Source of the DNA: Bacteroidota bacterium
GTDB taxonomy: Bacteria; Bacteroidota; Bacteroidia; Palsa-965
Assembly (NCBI GenBank): GCA_046335555.1
Contig: JBKDHA010000169.1
Coordinates: 9,048-73,047 of the forward strand
DNA length: 64,000 nucleotides
Direction: 5' to 3'
Below are positions 60,860-64,000 of the stretch, one piece after another. The notes below the pieces were generated by a model that was not told where the DNA came from, did not search any database, and saw only the letters and a list, made by a program, of their open reading frames with translations. How positions within the stretch are numbered: the stretch's first letter is position 1; every line of letters starts with the position of its first letter. A program made the position numbers and the translations under genes.

Positions 60860-61576
60860 TTGTTTTTGCTTCTTGTATCGGAACAGCCAGTAATTCATTG
60901 TGTAATTGAGGGGCATGGTAAAGTCTCTTTGAAATTTGATAACGATGAACTTGTTATGAATGAGCTTGAGTACGAGGGCTTTTTTATCGAATTAAACTTT
61001 AACGAATACTTTATCCAGTTTCTTAAACTGACGCATTCCCGACTAAGGAATGATTTATTGCACTGGCTTACGTTTCATTCTTCGCTGCGCGTTAATTATT
61101 ATTCGCATGAAACTGATAAACGGGAGTTGCTTTGTCAGCCACGAGGTACAGAAGTATTGTTTGATGAGCTTTTAAAGTCTGTTTCATTGTGTAAAGCCCC
61201 GTTTCGCGGTGAGGCTGTATCGGGTAATGTAAGTGTAAAACTAATTGTCGGGTTTCACGATAAACAAGAAAGGCTGGTGAAAAGTTACGTAAACGGGATG
61301 TATCAGCTGAATGATGAAGGAATACAGATTTCTGTACTTCATCAAGTATTATTTAAGTCGTTTGAGAAGTTAAGAGTGACCTTAAACGGAAACTATATAG
61401 CGATTATTCTGATTGACTTACCGGAAAGTGAAATTGAATGGCATTCGCCCATCAGGAACTACAGATTTGCGAATGTAACTGTGTTTCGGCTTATTGATGA
61501 AATAATTTCCGAAAATCTGATTAACTATGTATTAGCAGATGAAAAACCATTTCTACCCAATAAACGAGGAGATTGA
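60860..61576 (+). CDS. Hypothetical protein (AT-rich)
   Basis: 238-aa ORF in an AT-rich segment. No motif recognised. Confidence 0.4.
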   Translation: MFLLLVSEQPVIHCVIEGHGKVSLKFDNDELVMNELEYEGFFIELNFNEYFIQFLKLTHSRLRNDLLHWLTFHSSLRVNYYSHETDKRELLCQPRGTEVLFDELLKSVSLCKAPFRGEAVSGNVSVKLIVGFHDKQERLVKSYVNGMYQLNDEGIQISVLHQVLFKSFEKLRVTLNGNYIAIILIDLPESEIEWHSPIRNYRFANVTVFRLIDEIISENLINYVLADEKPFLPNKRGD

Positions 61577-61611
61577 TTTTTAACTGTTGTTTATATTTTT
61601 AAGAACCAGCC

Positions 61612-61941
61612 ATGCCAACCATCCACGATTTCGAACAGCTTGATATACGCATCGGAACAGTCATTCATGCCGAAGCATTTCCGGAGGCGCGGAAACCGGC
61701 GATTAAGCTGCAGATTGATTTTGGTGAATTGGGGATAAAGAAATCATCGGCACAGCTTACTGTTTCCTATACACCCGAAAAGCTGATCGGAACGCAGGTT
61801 ACAGCAGTTGTGAATTTTCCGCCGCGACAAATTGGTTCCTATATTTCAGAAGTACTTGTGCTGGGTGTTTTGGGCGATAGCGGCGATGTGATTTTACTGC
61901 GGCCTGATCGTGTTGTTCCTGATGGCGGAAAAATAGCCTGA
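61612..61941 (+). CDS. tRNA-binding protein (CsaA/Myf domain)
   Basis: DIRIGTVIHAE...LIGTQV.AVVNFPPRQIG is the EMAP/Myf tRNA-binding OB-fold signature. Confidence 0.8.
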   Translation: MPTIHDFEQLDIRIGTVIHAEAFPEARKPAIKLQIDFGELGIKKSSAQLTVSYTPEKLIGTQVTAVVNFPPRQIGSYISEVLVLGVLGDSGDVILLRPDRVVPDGGKIA

Positions 61942-62805
61942 TTACTTGCTGATTAGTTGTATGCTCTCAGCTGCATCTTTTAGCACGATGCCGAGTTTTT
62001 TCAAATCATCAGCAGAATTGATGTGCCGCATGGTTTGTAATCCGGCAAGATTATCGCTGCTCACTGGTAAGCTAATGCGAAGCCACGATGCAATGCGCAG
62101 CAGGAATTTTACCGGCGTAAATGGAAGATTGATAAAGTTTGCCGTTTTGCCGCAATGTTCAGCAATCAGCTCGAAAAAGCGGCGATAGGGAATAGGTTCC
62201 TGCACTGCAATTGTATAGGCTCCGCTGCGGTTTTCGGCGGCAATTTTTTCGAATGCAAGCAGAAGATCGCCGATGAAAACTGTTTGCAGCGGCTGTGTTC
62301 CTTTGCCGAAAATAGGAATGCGCTTGCCGGCAGCAATATGTTTTTGCATAGCAGCAAACAAGCCGCCGCGACCAATAACTAAGCCCGGCCGAACTACACA
62401 ACCTCCGTTTTGCAGCACAAGATTTTCGCAGGCAAATTTTTGCTTTCCGTAAACAGATATTGCATCGGGCAAAGCAGAGAGGCTGGAAAGAAAAATGAAT
62501 TGTTTTACATCTGCTTTTTTCGCAGCATCAAGTAATAATCTCGTTGCGTTCAGATTCAGCTCAAACGCATTTTTGTTTTGCTGCAAAGTGAGGTAAGCTG
62601 CGTGCAAAATAATTTGTGTGTTGTGTGGTAATTTTATTCCGTCAGGATATTCATCTGTAAGATCAAAATGGATATTTTCAAAATTATTCAGCTTTTTTCG
62701 TCCGGCTGTAATTACTGTAAAGCCTTTAGCCGAAAAGTGCGCCGCTGCTGCAGCGCCAATGAAACCGGTAGCTCCGGTGATTACAATTACCGGAGCATCA
62801 CTCAT
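61942..62805 (-). CDS. NAD-dependent epimerase/dehydratase family protein (extended SDR)
   Basis: N-terminal ITGATGFIGAAAAAH Rossmann motif. 287 aa. Confidence 0.8.
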   Translation of the reverse strand: MSDAPVIVITGATGFIGAAAAAHFSAKGFTVITAGRKKLNNFENIHFDLTDEYPDGIKLPHNTQIILHAAYLTLQQNKNAFELNLNATRLLLDAAKKADVKQFIFLSSLSALPDAISVYGKQKFACENLVLQNGGCVVRPGLVIGRGGLFAAMQKHIAAGKRIPIFGKGTQPLQTVFIGDLLLAFEKIAAENRSGAYTIAVQEPIPYRRFFELIAEHCGKTANFINLPFTPVKFLLRIASWLRISLPVSSDNLAGLQTMRHINSADDLKKLGIVLKDAAESIQLISK

Positions 62806-64000
62806 TATTACTTACATTTTGTGCAACGCGGTGAGCATTTGCCATGAGTGAAAGTGTAAGTCCTTTGGCCGGAAGAAAACGAAAGCCTGAGCCATCAGCA
62901 ACATAAACATTGCTTGTGCCATGCAGTCGTCCTGAAGCGTGAAGCGTAAACGGTTTTTCAGTTTCCGAAAACGGCAAACACCCGGCATAATGAATACTGG
63001 AGCCATTTCCGGGATGAACAGTTTTCAGTTTCCAGGCTCCGATGCTTCGCAGTGCTTTTACGTAAATCTGTTCGCGTTCCTGCACACGTTTTTCTTTTTC
63101 GGTGCTGCGCATGTAATTTGCTTCAAGCAAATCGCCGGTTGGTGTTGATGAAGATGCGGCGAGTTTTACCCATTGTTCACTTCCGTTTGTTTCGGGATGA
63201 TGAATGCCGGCAATAAGCAGAGCAGGTAAAAGATACTGCTGCAAAATTCTTGCATCGCGGAAATTGAGCGGTGTTTCGCGCAGCAGGCGGAAAAGCAGCA
63301 GCGAACGATATGTATAAAGTGAAGCCATGGCAACATCGCGTTGCATGCCGTCGGCATCATGAAATAATGATAACTGCGCATACGAAATATTCCGCGCATT
63401 CATATTTCTTCCCAGCATAGATGGAACAATGCAGGGCATGTAGGTGTACGGATTACAGAGCAGTGGGAGTTTGGTTGTTTCTCCGCCGGGCATCGAACGC
63501 AGCACAATGCGTGCAGTTCCCAGAACGCCCGGCGAAAGCACGAGACGTTTTGCGGAAAATATTTTTGTTTCTCCGCTGCTGATGTTTATGGCTTCTGTAT
63601 TTACTCCTTCTGCATTTTGCGTAAAACGTGTCGCCATCCAACCGCTTTCGATGCTGATATTGGGATGTTTGCGCAATGTTTCCAGCTCAACCTGCGGCCG
63701 CCATGCAGAACCGCCGGAGTTGTCGTAAAACTCCATATCGCGCAGTTGAGTTGCGCTGCGGTGGTCTTTGTCTTGTGTGAGCATTGCAAGAGCCGGACGA
63801 CCTAGTGCAAAGCCTTTTTGCTTTAAAGCACTGCGTTTGCTTTGGTATTTTCTCAGCAAAACGGAAGCAAGCGCATCAGGCGGAGTTGCTGGCTGAATGT
63901 TTTTGAGGTGCGCGAAGGTAAACGCTGAAGCATCATCGTTGTTTCCGCTTATTCCGATGCGGTTGGCAACAGTTTGACAAGCCTGCTGCATTTCGGTTGC
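62798..64000 (-). CDS. GMC family oxidoreductase, C-terminal part (5' end beyond the window)
   Basis: C-terminal GMC motif (NVYVADGSGFRFLPAKGLTLSLMANAHRVAQNV). The ORF runs open to the window edge. Confidence 0.65.
   Translation of the reverse strand, partial: ATEMQQACQTVANRIGISGNNDDASAFTFAHLKNIQPATPPDALASVLLRKYQSKRSALKQKGFALGRPALAMLTQDKDHRSATQLRDMEFYDNSGGSAWRPQVELETLRKHPNISIESGWMATRFTQNAEGVNTEAINISSGETKIFSAKRLVLSPGVLGTARIVLRSMPGGETTKLPLLCNPYTYMPCIVPSMLGRNMNARNISYAQLSLFHDADGMQRDVAMASLYTYRSLLLFRLLRETPLNFRDARILQQYLLPALLIAGIHHPETNGSEQWVKLAASSSTPTGDLLEANYMRSTEKEKRVQEREQIYVKALRSIGAWKLKTVHPGNGSSIHYAGCLPFSETEKPFTLHASGRLHGTSNVYVADGSGFRFLPAKGLTLSLMANAHRVAQNVSNNE

Noticed and set aside
1-64000. Searched for tRNA/rRNA genes, transposases, integrases and cas genes
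   Set aside because: No cloverleaf-like tRNA candidates, rRNA signatures, DDE or tyrosine-recombinase motifs were found in any frame. The islet therefore lacks its own recombinase.

Overview
This 64-kb window looks like a chromosomal segment from a Bacteroidota genome. The evidence for that is three proteins ending in T9SS (Por) C-terminal sorting domains, LytTR, OmpA, SGNH and FadL-type genes, and a Flavobacteria-style carotenoid gene set. No rRNA, tRNA, CRISPR array, transposase or integrase was seen.

Most of the window is ordinary housekeeping and metabolic coding sequence:
- an OmpA family protein and a YkuD L,D-transpeptidase;
- an MsbA-like ABC exporter, an M20 peptidase, and a large BNR-repeat T9SS protein;
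- a minus-strand carotenoid-modification operon (CrtI/CrtD-family desaturase, CruF-like membrane protein, CrtZ, lycopene-cyclase-domain protein) with no crtB in the window;
- an aldehyde dehydrogenase next to a CopZ-like HMA protein;
- a complete lipid-scavenging and beta-oxidation locus: marR, 3-hydroxyacyl-CoA dehydrogenase/enoyl-CoA hydratase, thiolase, acyl-CoA dehydrogenase, two hotdog thioesterases, FadL-like transporter, SGNH lipase;
- era and der;
- an rRNA pseudouridine synthase;
- a cyclopropane-fatty-acid synthase cluster (amine-oxidase-like oxidoreductase, DUF1365, cfa) with an inserted secreted hypothetical protein;
- dtd and an orphan LytTR response regulator;
- rsgA and metK.

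The most interesting region is a 2.2-kb AT-rich islet at about 7.37-9.62 kb. It is flanked by imperfect 31-bp direct repeats that both encode the last 10 codons plus the stop of the adjacent lipoprotein gene. This is an att-like signature of site-specific integration into a gene 3' end, but no recombinase is present. The islet carries two genes: a zinc-ribbon protein with a C-terminal HEPN-like Rx4H motif, which is a candidate abortive-infection or defence RNase, and a Bro-N (KilA-N / DinD-like) protein.

A short hairpin repeat family with a conserved TTCGACAGGCTCA core occurs at least four times, always intergenic. Twice it occurs as inverted pairs (TIR-like). One pair brackets a 7-copy 25-bp tandem array directly upstream of the ABC exporter. 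The other pair brackets a 1.4-kb AT-rich block holding two small membrane/lipoprotein ORFs.

Other unexplained non-coding structure:
- a hairpin plus a perfect 37-bp tandem duplication in the divergent promoter of the HMA gene;
- a roughly 115-bp imperfect tandem repeat lying between two terminators upstream of era;
- two adjacent hairpins with different stems but an identical 13-nt loop;
- a GC-rich structured segment upstream of the carotenoid operon.
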